DNA from: a virus
Virus record (IMG/VR): IMGVR_UViG_3300012953_000017
Span: 55,920-119,919 of that record
Length of the DNA stretch: 64,000 nucleotides
Strand: one strand, 5' to 3'
In this document: piece by piece, positions 45,878 through 54,991 of the stretch
Position numbering within the stretch: the stretch's first letter is position 1
Layout: each line of letters opens with the position of its first letter
Translations under genes and position numbers: made by a program
The notes under the pieces: generated by a model
The model's database searches: none
Seen by the model: the letters and a program-made list of their open reading frames with translations, nothing else
What the model was told of the DNA's origin: nothing

Positions 45878-48800
45878 TTACTCAAACGATACCCCACTGT
45901 TCGTAACAATAAAGTCAATCGCGATAAACTCAACAGCGCGTGTTGGTACCACAACTATTCGACCATTCATTTTGTTGGACTCGACATCCTCTTGAGAGTT
46001 GTTTGTGTCATCACAGATCACTCGGAACTGCTCGATTCCGGCCTGTGCCTGGACTAGAGCTAAGAGTGGTGTGACTTGAGCCACAAATCTGGCCCTCGTT
46101 GCAGGTGTGTTCTGCTCGAAGAGAAGTCTATTAGCAACGCCTACAATTAGTCTCTTTACTTCCAGTAACATTCGTCGAACGTTAACACGATCCAGAGCTG
46201 ACTTGGCCATCTGTAATGTTTTCTGTCCGAATATTACAAACCCTCCGTTCGGGAAGTTGGCAATTGGATTAATTCTTGCATCGTAGAGTGTATCTCTATC
46301 TTCTGCAGTAAGTCGAGTACCTGTATTTCTTACGAAATCTAGAGCACCTCGATTGAATCCTGCCGGAGCGAACCAAGGGAATGACACACGATCATTGTAT
46401 GCCAGCGCGCTAAGTCCTGCTACTGATCCCGGAACCTTTACGTTCCTATTATTTACAGGATCTTCTATAAACACATCCGGGAAGTAAGTTGCAGAGTAGT
46501 TGTTATCGATAGCTCTCGATTCAAACTGCTCAGATGTCTCTCTAACATTAGGTTTGAGCGACGAGTCTCCATAAAGACGCTCTGAAGAGCCTGCGGTGTT
46601 GACGCCGAAGTTTACTAGGTCCATCAAGTAGATTGCCATGCTGTAGTCTTTTACTCTGTCTAGAGCAAAGTCTGTCACAAAAGCATCTCTAATTCCTGGA
46701 ATTGCCAGTATGTTGATGTTTGATGATATCGGATCAGTTATGATTCTTGAAGCAACCCGGTATGCATTCACAACATTGTTTTTAACACCTGCACCTGATG
46801 GATTGTTTGTTCCGTCTCCAATTCCGATATTAGGATCACCATCAACAGCCAGTCCGCCTGTATCGGAAGACGCGGCTTTGTCGGTCATGTGATGGGAGTC
46901 TTTGTCCAATATGTTTAGACCGTCAAAACCTCCATGGAAGATAGTCGTAAACTTATTGTAATCCGTAAATCGGTTAAACACAGTTGACGCGGAATGCACA
47001 AGAGTCGCCATTGTAATTCTAGATCTGGTGGCATCTCCCGGATCTGTGATTGTGTACTTGCTGCTTTCAGGATTACCATTTCTAAGGTAACATGCTTCAA
47101 GCATATGCTCTTTTGCGGTACCTGAAACATTAGTTATGTGATCACTGACAAGCACGTTAGATAGCGCCACCCTTGCAAGAGTGAATTTGTTGTTATTGAA
47201 TACGTCTGCACCAGTACCTGTAACTAGAGTATCTAGCTTCTTGATGCCCTGGAACTTAGTGTAGGCCTTTACTAGAGGATTAACTGCAGTTCCCATGTTT
47301 GTATTTAAGATAGCGTTATCCAGTGTCCCCATTCCGGATGAAGACGACATTGCGGTTCTCTTAACTTTAACACCCCAGTAGAATCTTGAATCTACTCTCT
47401 CGTCGTCTCCAGGATGTCCCATTATTGTATTGGTCTTTGATACATCACCGCGGGTGACCTTAAATCTATACGGTAGCGGCGGAACAATAGAGCCGGTCAA
47501 AGCATTTCCGCTATATGCACTTAAAATAAGATTTGAACCAGAACCTATTAGGCGGCCAGTTGCGGGAGCATCGTCACCTAAAGCTGAGCCGTCTGGAGCT
47601 TTTAGCTGGGTAGACGTGTCTGTAAGAGTATTGCTTGTCTTAAGAATTTCGATTCCTCTAAAGCCGAATGGCAATGATTCTTCAGGAACTTCTTGATTTT
47701 CAACATCTCTGTTCATTTTGACGCGAACTCTGGCTGACATATTAGGATATTTTCCGGAAATTACCAGTCTTCTTTCTTCGGCATCATCAGCATCAAAATT
47801 GTAAGATACCTTTTTATCTCCAATGAGTCGTGCAACATATCTTTCACTCTTTGGATTCAGATTACAATCTGGGTATCTCTCAAGTATTTCTGTGTCTAGG
47901 TCACTGTCAGCAAATCTTCGGACCTGTACTTCAAAAGTTCCAAATTTATCATTTGGATCACTTGATTTTCTAATGTTTGCAATGGAGATCTTAAACTTGT
48001 CATTACCCCACTGGCCGTCGGATATCGTTTCAAAGTTAAAGAGATCATACTCTTTGGCACCAAAAGGCTGAGAAATGATGCTTGGAGTTTTAGGAGTCGT
48101 GTATCTGGTGTTAAATTTACCAAATAATTCTCTAAAGACAGTGGTCCCGTCTCCGCCGTCGGCTGTAATACCATCAGAACCGGAACAAATCATCACAGAA
48201 CCCACGCCGCCTGCGACGACTGGTGCTAATTCATGCTCAACAGCAAAGTCCAGATAAAGAAGGTGTTCTTCCTGTTGGAATTTATGTGGGTCTGTATTAA
48301 GAATCTTGCCGATGTACTGCTGATCGTTTGGATCAAGAGAGGCAGTGTAAATTCTTAGCCCTGCAAATTCATCATTAGAAAAGTCAGCACCGGAAGTCGA
48401 AGAAAGAATCAGCTTAAAGTGATTTCTTGCGTCTGCGCCACCAAGGCCTAGATCTCCTAATGTAGCAACATCGTCTTCATAAATATGAGCCTGGGATGGG
48501 TGTATGTCTTCGTAGTTCTGGTTAAAGTCCATCACAGCAAAGCGAGAACCAGTAGTGGTCATTAAAACGCCGCGAACAAGAGCTACGTCTTTACGACTAC
48601 CTCCTCGCTCTCCAAAGGAGTCATTATCATGGAAGATAGGGAATCCTCTGTCAGCATGTTCAGCAATAGAGTGCGATGCAACGAGAAACTGTACACAGCC
48701 TTTATGCTTTGTGAGACCATCGGTTCCTGCAACGCCTCCGGCATGGAAGGCCTTTGCGACGGGTGACAACTCGAAGCCGGCATTTTGAACCGTTCCTTCA

Positions 48801-49105
48801 GTCCTCGTGGTCTCAATGTGTGAAGTCGTTTCGTTGGTGCCTGCACCTAACGTTCTGACGTATGTTACTGCCGTACGGTTTTTTAGAAATTCTCTAACCG
48901 CGTACGGCCCAAATCTATCAGGATCCAAAGATCCAAATCTTGTTTCGAAGTCTGCCAGTGATCCTATTGTGATCGGCACAAAGGCCGGTCCTTTTATAGA
49001 TGTACCAACAATACCTGCAGGAACGCCTAGCGGGCTAGCCTGTCGTGCAGATAGGTCGATTTCTTTCTCAAAGAATCCTGGTGATCGGAAAGTCTGCTCA
49101 GCCAT
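45878..49105 (-). CDS. tail sheath protein (paralog A)
   Basis: FRSPGFFEKEID; PWFAPAGFNRG, ALDRVNVRR, EFIAIDF. Confidence 0.93.
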   Translation of the reverse strand: MAEQTFRSPGFFEKEIDLSARQASPLGVPAGIVGTSIKGPAFVPITIGSLADFETRFGSLDPDRFGPYAVREFLKNRTAVTYVRTLGAGTNETTSHIETTRTEGTVQNAGFELSPVAKAFHAGGVAGTDGLTKHKGCVQFLVASHSIAEHADRGFPIFHDNDSFGERGGSRKDVALVRGVLMTTTGSRFAVMDFNQNYEDIHPSQAHIYEDDVATLGDLGLGGADARNHFKLILSSTSGADFSNDEFAGLRIYTASLDPNDQQYIGKILNTDPHKFQQEEHLLYLDFAVEHELAPVVAGGVGSVMICSGSDGITADGGDGTTVFRELFGKFNTRYTTPKTPSIISQPFGAKEYDLFNFETISDGQWGNDKFKISIANIRKSSDPNDKFGTFEVQVRRFADSDLDTEILERYPDCNLNPKSERYVARLIGDKKVSYNFDADDAEERRLVISGKYPNMSARVRVKMNRDVENQEVPEESLPFGFRGIEILKTSNTLTDTSTQLKAPDGSALGDDAPATGRLIGSGSNLILSAYSGNALTGSIVPPLPYRFKVTRGDVSKTNTIMGHPGDDERVDSRFYWGVKVKRTAMSSSSGMGTLDNAILNTNMGTAVNPLVKAYTKFQGIKKLDTLVTGTGADVFNNNKFTLARVALSNVLVSDHITNVSGTAKEHMLEACYLRNGNPESSKYTITDPGDATRSRITMATLVHSASTVFNRFTDYNKFTTIFHGGFDGLNILDKDSHHMTDKAASSDTGGLAVDGDPNIGIGDGTNNPSGAGVKNNVVNAYRVASRIITDPISSNINILAIPGIRDAFVTDFALDRVKDYSMAIYLMDLVNFGVNTAGSSERLYGDSSLKPNVRETSEQFESRAIDNNYSATYFPDVFIEDPVNNRNVKVPGSVAGLSALAYNDRVSFPWFAPAGFNRGALDFVRNTGTRLTAEDRDTLYDARINPIANFPNGGFVIFGQKTLQMAKSALDRVNVRRMLLEVKRLIVGVANRLLFEQNTPATRARFVAQVTPLLALVQAQAGIEQFRVICDDTNNSQEDVESNKMNGRIVVVPTRAVEFIAIDFIVTNSGVSFE

Positions 49106-49139
49106 TCAAGTATCTCCTTAGACTCATGTCTTCCTATGA

Positions 49140-49146
49140 TAAGTAT
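49140..49146 (-). promoter_or_regulatory. putative late promoter motif ATACTTA (sheath A)
   Basis: Recurrent motif, intergenic. Confidence 0.6.
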
Positions 49147-49180
49147 CGCGATGGGGGACAAAATTCCTCACTACGATTTA

Positions 49181-50500
49181 TTAGCTTGTTAGGTCCAGCT
49201 CAATGGTCGACTGTTCCCTGTAAACTGTCTCACCTTTTCGCTGATTTCTTGTTTTTATTTTTAAAATTTGTGAAACCTTTTTACCTGTTAAAGGATCACT
49301 AGTAGTTCTTACAAAGACAGTCCCAGATGAGCCGTCTTTAAAACCTCCAATAGTTGCTGATGTATTGTTTGACGCAGCAGTGATATCACGTGCGTCCCTA
49401 GGATCAGCTATTGTCCTAGGGCCATCTAATCTTCCTCTTGATGCCACACCGGTGCCTGGAATAGGATCATCGTCAGTGGCGAGATCTTCTAGAACATATC
49501 GATGAGGGTCGCCGCTAGCAACATTTCCTACTAGTTCTCCAAGAGGCGCAGAATTAGTCTGTGTATTATCAAATGATATTTCAGGTGCAGAAACAAATTT
49601 TCTTAAGAAAGGCGGCGCACCAGGATATTCTCCACCGACTACATAACCTGGGACTGTCACCTCAAAACTATATCTTACTAGTCTTTCGCTGTCTGTGAAG
49701 TCGTCAAAATTATTTCCTGGACTTAATGCATCACCCACATATCCTACAAACCAGTACCCCTTTTCAGTTTCTAACCTAAATGTTCGCTTATGATTATTTT
49801 GATAGACACTCATCATGGACATTATCATATCGTTCATTTGCTGTGTGTACTGTGCCCAAAAAGTCACCTCGTAAGTCGAAGTATAAAATTTTACAGGTGG
49901 AATAGTAAGAACTTCGACAATGTTTTTGCTCACGCTTGGTGCTAGAAGTCTTCCGCTTCTGTAATCAAGAGAGGTCGTTGACGACGCTCTTCTTCGCGTG
50001 GCCACAGTTCCTGGCAGAGCGTTTGTATCTTGCACACCGTCTTCTGTTATTATTCTATGATTCGGAGAAGCGGCATCATCTTGATTAAGAAGACCGACTC
50101 TATTAATAAGACGTTGATATTCTCTATCGTTTTGACTTAGTCTCTTTCTAATGGTCATAGGAGCATTTTGTCCTGGTCCCATTTGAGCTTCTTGAGATAC
50201 TCCTGTTCTCATTATAGAGATTAACGGAAGTATTAAAGCACCATTTCTATCTCTTAAAGGCTTCTTTCTTCGAAGAACAGCAAACCTTTCACCTGTAGCG
50301 AAAATTACAGGAATCTTTTTTGTCACATTTTTATGCTTGTACAGAAAAGGAATTTCTTTGTCAAATAAGCTAAAGAGGGCTCTATCAACATCTTCGATTG
50401 TGCATGCTGGCATTTCAAAGTCGTCAGGAATATTATCGCCTTCATACCCTGTCGCTACTGAGCTTCCATCTGTCACATTTTTTGTTAGTCTAGTTGACAA
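49181..50500 (-). CDS. tail completion / sheath terminator protein (gp15-like)
   Basis: IPVIFATGER, LILPLISI, Y.VTFW..Y..QMN; synteny between neck and sheath genes. Confidence 0.65.
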   Translation of the reverse strand: MSTRLTKNVTDGSSVATGYEGDNIPDDFEMPACTIEDVDRALFSLFDKEIPFLYKHKNVTKKIPVIFATGERFAVLRRKKPLRDRNGALILPLISIMRTGVSQEAQMGPGQNAPMTIRKRLSQNDREYQRLINRVGLLNQDDAASPNHRIITEDGVQDTNALPGTVATRRRASSTTSLDYRSGRLLAPSVSKNIVEVLTIPPVKFYTSTYEVTFWAQYTQQMNDMIMSMMSVYQNNHKRTFRLETEKGYWFVGYVGDALSPGNNFDDFTDSERLVRYSFEVTVPGYVVGGEYPGAPPFLRKFVSAPEISFDNTQTNSAPLGELVGNVASGDPHRYVLEDLATDDDPIPGTGVASRGRLDGPRTIADPRDARDITAASNNTSATIGGFKDGSSGTVFVRTTSDPLTGKKVSQILKIKTRNQRKGETVYREQSTIELDLTS

Positions 50501-50510
50501 TTATTTTCTC

Positions 50511-51158
50511 CTAATCAGCATAGAATGAAGAGCTTATTCCATCTTCTCTTATTTCTGCAGTTTCGAGAGGTCCTTCTAACTTTTTATTCTTTTGGAGCTC
50601 TCTTACGTCACCTGTATCGCCTAGACGATTTCTTTCAAGTCCTCGCTGCTGAACAAATTCTTTCTGCACAGCGTCTTCTTCGTCAATGTTTTCTGACAAA
50701 GGTCCTAGCGGACGTAAATTAATCTGTCCTTCTCTTGCTTGCTTTCCTGTTACTTTATATCCTACAGTATGTTCCACTTGTCCAAAGACATTTTTATCTG
50801 CGATAACAGAGGTCATCTCAAAAAACATCTCTCCATAACTAAAATAGTCTCCTTCTTCAACAACAATATCCTTATCTAAGAGATCTCTAGAGTGCAAATA
50901 AATTGAAATAGTCGATATCTCCTCACTTCCGAAACGGTTTGTAGCGATTTCTTCTGGCTGCCATTCTATTAGGGCTTCTATTTCAATTGGAGGATCAAAT
51001 ATTTTTTCTGGTGCCTCTTCATATACAGTGTGTACATTTGTCAGATCTTCTCTTATTTTGTAATAAAATATCCTCTGACCTATCACATCTTTAGTGACTT
51101 CTTTTGTCAAATCACTTATAAAGTCTATTTCACGAGGTGTTATGAAAAGTCTTGCCAT
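50511..51158 (-). CDS. neck protein (gp14-like)
   Basis: VIGQ.I.YY, VYEEA..K.F..P, EGDY; synteny. Confidence 0.7.
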   Translation of the reverse strand: MARLFITPREIDFISDLTKEVTKDVIGQRIFYYKIREDLTNVHTVYEEAPEKIFDPPIEIEALIEWQPEEIATNRFGSEEISTISIYLHSRDLLDKDIVVEEGDYFSYGEMFFEMTSVIADKNVFGQVEHTVGYKVTGKQAREGQINLRPLGPLSENIDEEDAVQKEFVQQRGLERNRLGDTGDVRELQKNKKLEGPLETAEIREDGISSSFYAD

Positions 51159-51167
51159 TTTTTACTC

Positions 51168-52352
51168 CTATCCCATTATTATGGCTTTACCGCCTGGGAT
51201 GGGTATGTTTCTAAGAATTGTTGTTAAATTTTCAGACGCAGCAGCTTCATCTTCAAGCATTGCACTGTATGTCATCTCTGTCAGCATCTCGACTAGTTTT
51301 GTCTTTAGCTTTTCTTGGTCTTCTCTTCCTTGTGATACAAGTTCACCTCCGTTTAAAGAAAGTTCAGACCCAGGAATAGGAACAGAAGAAAATTTAGATC
51401 TTATGAGCCCTAAAAGTTCTTTACACAATGATAGTGTATACTGTCTTACCCACTGTCTTCCAATACTATTGACTCTAGAGTAAATTAAATTACCAAACGG
51501 GACATTTGACAAATTGCTCACCCCGTGTATTGACTCGTCATCGTAATCCGGGCCAAATGGATCAGGGTTAAACCCTACTCTTACCCAAAGCTTCTTTGGG
51601 TTTGGTTTTCCATTTTCATCCTGTCCTGTTGGCGTTGGATATATTCTTATTTTAGTTCCCATGACCTTGTAAGAATAATTACTTCTTCTTACGCGAGAAG
51701 ACATATCCATCATACCACCCCTTAAAACATCCTCATACATTGGGAGGACATAAAAAATTGTTTCCGGTGTAAAGGATTCAAAACTAAACTCGTTGTTAAG
51801 GTAGTTAATAGCACTAGTGGTATCAAAAAATCTGTAGGCTGCGTGTGGGTTTTGATGAAACACTTCTAAAATTTTTAATTTTGATTTTGAAGTTTGCGTT
51901 TCGAAGAGCGCGGTTCCATCTTCATTTTTTAACTCTGTGTATAAGTCATAATCTTGCTGGTTAGTGACAAGATCGATCGATCCTGAGGCTGTGTTGTAAG
52001 ATCCTCCCATTCCGGCGTCCATTGCATATGGCTCAGCTCTTCGTAACATAAACTCTAGATTTTCTCTTGGAAACTTCTGCTCAGATCCTGAAAGAACACT
52101 TCCTGTAGAGATTCCTAATAGATTAGCTAGCTGTGATTTTGCCTGATGTTCGTTTATAATGGCTCCGTACTCACAAAAAGACTCTTCAAAGCATGCCCAC
52201 ACTTGCTTCTTTGTAAGCTCCACACTTAGGATGTCATCACCTAATTTTCTTTTTACAAAAGTGACCATCGCATCAGCTTCAGATTGAAAATCTGAGTCCT
52301 GATCAAATATAGAAAAAGGTGTTGGGTTTAATGTGTTTGAAAATGTCGACAT
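51168..52352 (-). CDS. neck protein / head-tail adaptor (gp13-like)
   Basis: RKLG....VELT, WVRQYTL.L.KE.LG.IRSKF, LNG..L. Confidence 0.78.
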   Translation of the reverse strand: MSTFSNTLNPTPFSIFDQDSDFQSEADAMVTFVKRKLGDDILSVELTKKQVWACFEESFCEYGAIINEHQAKSQLANLLGISTGSVLSGSEQKFPRENLEFMLRRAEPYAMDAGMGGSYNTASGSIDLVTNQQDYDLYTELKNEDGTALFETQTSKSKLKILEVFHQNPHAAYRFFDTTSAINYLNNEFSFESFTPETIFYVLPMYEDVLRGGMMDMSSRVRRSNYSYKVMGTKIRIYPTPTGQDENGKPNPKKLWVRVGFNPDPFGPDYDDESIHGVSNLSNVPFGNLIYSRVNSIGRQWVRQYTLSLCKELLGLIRSKFSSVPIPGSELSLNGGELVSQGREDQEKLKTKLVEMLTEMTYSAMLEDEAAASENLTTILRNIPIPGGKAIIMG

Positions 52353-52457
52353 TAATCTCTCCCAATTGTAGATACAAAATCTTCTATACTAAATATGTAA
52401 TTGGAAGAGCGATGTTTGACGACAGAGGAATATTTCTGGGGTAAAATGAATATTATT

Positions 52458-52784
52458 TTAAACAAATTTCATCGCCCAAGCGACAAAAGCCATTCCGAAC
52501 TGTACAACTGCAAAAATAGTTATTGCTTTTACTTTAAATGATTTTAAGGATTCTACTTCTAGCATTAACTCTTTAAATTGCGTAGGTGATGCTACTTCAT
52601 CTATTTTTTCTTTCCAGCTTTTAAGATCTTCGACTTTGTCTTCTCGGACCTGCATTTTTGCTAATTCCTGCTTTAGATCCTGAACTTCTCCGCGGAGACC
52701 ATCGATACCGTCTGCCAAGGTCTCTAATTCTTTTAGAACTAGCCTAGAATATTCGTTCCATCCGTTTTGGCTTTCACTAGGCAT
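52458..52784 (-). CDS. coiled-coil protein with a single C-terminal transmembrane helix (XhlA/holin-like)
   Basis: Heptad-rich body, C-terminal AITIFAVVQFGMAFVAWAM. Confidence 0.55.
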   Translation of the reverse strand: MPSESQNGWNEYSRLVLKELETLADGIDGLRGEVQDLKQELAKMQVREDKVEDLKSWKEKIDEVASPTQFKELMLEVESLKSFKVKAITIFAVVQFGMAFVAWAMKFV

Positions 52785-53337
52785 TAAAGGCCTCCTTGTC
52801 TTCCAGCATTTTTCTTAGTCGACTGGCTGAAAGACCTCTTTTGGCTGTTGGCATAATTTCTTTATGAGGTACATCGTTTTCAAGCATTACAATAATTTCT
52901 TCTAAACAGTGAATCATTATAGCATTGGTTGTTACGTCCCAGGAAATTCCTACCACCCCTACAATCTCGTCGCTCTCGTTTTTCCTAGGCACTAGTTTTG
53001 TCCAATAAACTCTGTCTTCGGCTTCAACAAAAAAAGATACGACATTTCCTACAAGCGCTTGCTCATGTTTTTCTATGGTTTGGTCTCTAAGCTGTGGGCA
53101 CTCAAACATGTCTTCAAGCGTCGTTGCCTTAGAACAGGTGTATCCCTCACCACGCACAGAGAGCACTCTGTGATCCTTTCCAATAGACCACATGGTAACA
53201 GGTAGGGGAAAGGTAGAAAAGAATCCCTCGAATAACTGCAGATCCTTCTTGAGCTGTTCATCTCGATCACTTAGTTGATCACACAATTCCTTTAGCCTGT
53301 TTAGACTCTTTCTTTCTTTTGTTTTTTGTGAAACCAT
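52777..53337 (-). CDS. stand-alone PAS-domain protein
   Basis: Coiled coil, then P..MWSIGKD..., HEQAL.G, P.....EIVGVVGISWDVT (PAS/PAC end); start taken at MVSQK. Confidence 0.75.
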   Translation of the reverse strand: MVSQKTKERKSLNRLKELCDQLSDRDEQLKKDLQLFEGFFSTFPLPVTMWSIGKDHRVLSVRGEGYTCSKATTLEDMFECPQLRDQTIEKHEQALVGNVVSFFVEAEDRVYWTKLVPRKNESDEIVGVVGISWDVTTNAIMIHCLEEIIVMLENDVPHKEIMPTAKRGLSASRLRKMLEDKEAFNA

Positions 53338-53362
53338 AGACTTAATTATGCTTTTGCAAAGC

Positions 53363-53391
53363 AAAAAAAAGGAGATCCCAAAGGATCTCCT
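53363..53391 (-). terminator. Rho-independent terminator
   Basis: GGAGATCC-tttg-GGATCTCC followed by T8 on the minus strand. Confidence 0.85.
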
Positions 53392-53418
53392 ATAAAACAA
53401 CAAGTTTTTGTGGGTCAA

Positions 53419-53982
53419 TTACGCAGCAGCAGCAACTATAATTGCCTTTGATGACGAACCTATATGCGCGGTTGTGACGTCAGATGGAGTCACGAAGCGC
53501 TTAACGTACCAATCAGCTCCATCGGAGTGAATACTAAGAAAAGTTCCACCTAATGTTTGACCGGCTGTTTCGCCGGCGTCGAAAGTTATTTTACTCCCGC
53601 CAATTGTGACTAAGTTCGTATTGCTGTCTTCACCGGCAATGATAGCTCCGATTATATCGATATCATCATCACCTGTTGTTATGCTCACATCAGCGCCTGC
53701 ATTACCTGCGTCTGCTGTAATGGCAAATTCAAACCAGCATCCTGCGCATTTTGTTGCAGCAGGAAGACCGACAGTGATAGTCGTTGCTGTGTTTGTTGAA
53801 GCGTTTAGCGTCACTAAAGAACCCGATTCTGTTGCTAATAGTGCTCGGACAGTAGTCGATGCGTTTGTTAAAGCAATGACTTTACGTCGAGTGCTGACAT
53901 CTGAAGATGTATCAGTCAGATCAACTCCAGTTCCGGCTGCTGTTACGAGGCCTTTCTTAGTTGTATATGTTAATTTTGGCAT
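53419..53982 (-). CDS. virion structural protein, putative head decoration (paralog 2)
   Basis: Starts MPKLTYTTKKGLV with AAGGAG SD; Thr/Ala-rich beta protein; SDGADWY. Confidence 0.7.
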   Translation of the reverse strand: MPKLTYTTKKGLVTAAGTGVDLTDTSSDVSTRRKVIALTNASTTVRALLATESGSLVTLNASTNTATTITVGLPAATKCAGCWFEFAITADAGNAGADVSITTGDDDIDIIGAIIAGEDSNTNLVTIGGSKITFDAGETAGQTLGGTFLSIHSDGADWYVKRFVTPSDVTTAHIGSSSKAIIVAAAA

Positions 53983-54004
53983 GATATTTCTCCTTGTTTC
54001 AAAA

Positions 54005-54556
54005 TTATACGTTAGCAGAAACTTTAAGGCCAGCGTTGCTACCTGCGTCATAGTCAGCGGGTGTTGTAAAGTGTGTCAGATACCAATTGCTTCCATCACA
54101 GACACAACCTAGTGTTGTTCCACCTAACTTCTTGCCGTCGGTGCCGTCTGGAATATTCTCGATCTTGCTGTGTGCTACAGTAAGAAGGTTAGCGTTCGAC
54201 GCCTCACCGCCAACGATTGATCCGATAAAGTCAACACTATTTCCTTCTGTTTTAAGAATAATATCAGCGTCATTGTGCTGAGCATCTTTTGGCAGAATAA
54301 AGTCAAACCACACACCTTTGGAGCTGGCTACTGCCGGCATTGTTACAGTGATAGTTGTGGCGGTGTTTGTGTTATTGTCCAATGATACTAGAGCGCCGGA
54401 TTCGGACGCTAAAAGTACTCTGGCAGTAGTCGCTGCGTTTGTTAAAGAAATGACTCTTCTTCGTGAGCAAACGTCTGAGTTAACTGCGGTTAGATCAACA
54501 CCTGTTCCAGGTGATTGGACTAGTCCTTTTTTTGGTGTATAAGTTAGCTTTGGCAT
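54005..54556 (-). CDS. virion structural protein, putative head decoration (paralog 1)
   Basis: Starts MPKLTYTPKKGLV; CDGSNWY; clear paralog of neighbour; downstream of the capsid gene. Confidence 0.7.
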   Translation of the reverse strand: MPKLTYTPKKGLVQSPGTGVDLTAVNSDVCSRRRVISLTNAATTARVLLASESGALVSLDNNTNTATTITVTMPAVASSKGVWFDFILPKDAQHNDADIILKTEGNSVDFIGSIVGGEASNANLLTVAHSKIENIPDGTDGKKLGGTTLGCVCDGSNWYLTHFTTPADYDAGSNAGLKVSANV

Positions 54557-54653
54557 AATCTTTCTCCTTGCTCCCGGTGCCTCATCCTCCCGCGGGTGTC
54601 GGGTGATTACATAGAATGAGCCTTGTGTTATTAAATAGGCTGATCAGATCGAA

Positions 54654-54881
54654 CTAGCTCAGCTCGTGATCAAAATATACTGCTCTAGAGCCGTCACTTA
54701 GTGATACTACTACTTTTGTGAGTAGAGGCTTTACTTTTATTTCTGCAATTACGCCTTTTCCAGAATCAGGTGTGTTTACTTCTACACCTACCTCTAGCGT
54801 AACTTTCTTGGCAGCAGCTTTTTTTACTGCCGGTGCTGCCTTCTTGCTCTTGGGTGATTTCTTAGTTGTTCCTAATGCCAT
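54654..54881 (-). CDS. small basic hypothetical protein
   Basis: AGGAGG SD; Lys/Ala-rich N-terminus; ATATTTA motif at 54910-54916. Confidence 0.7.
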   Translation of the reverse strand: MALGTTKKSPKSKKAAPAVKKAAAKKVTLEVGVEVNTPDSGKGVIAEIKVKPLLTKVVVSLSDGSRAVYFDHELS

Positions 54882-54933
54882 GATTTTTTCCTCCTATCAT
54901 GCGTAAATCTAAATATGTTGCATCTTTTAAAAT

Positions 54934-54966
54934 AAAAAAAGGGGCCACCTAAAAAGGTGGCCCCTT
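54934..54966 (-). terminator. Rho-independent terminator after major capsid gene
   Basis: AAGGGGCCACCT-tttt-AGGTGGCCCCTTTTTTT on the minus strand. Confidence 0.9.
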
Positions 54967-54991
54967 GACATTGTGTCAATGCTCAATGAGC

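Noticed and set aside
39161-49105. Reading the three-sheath locus as an eCIS or tailocin
   Set aside because: Capsid, scaffold, prohead protease, neck and replication genes are contiguous, so it is a phage.
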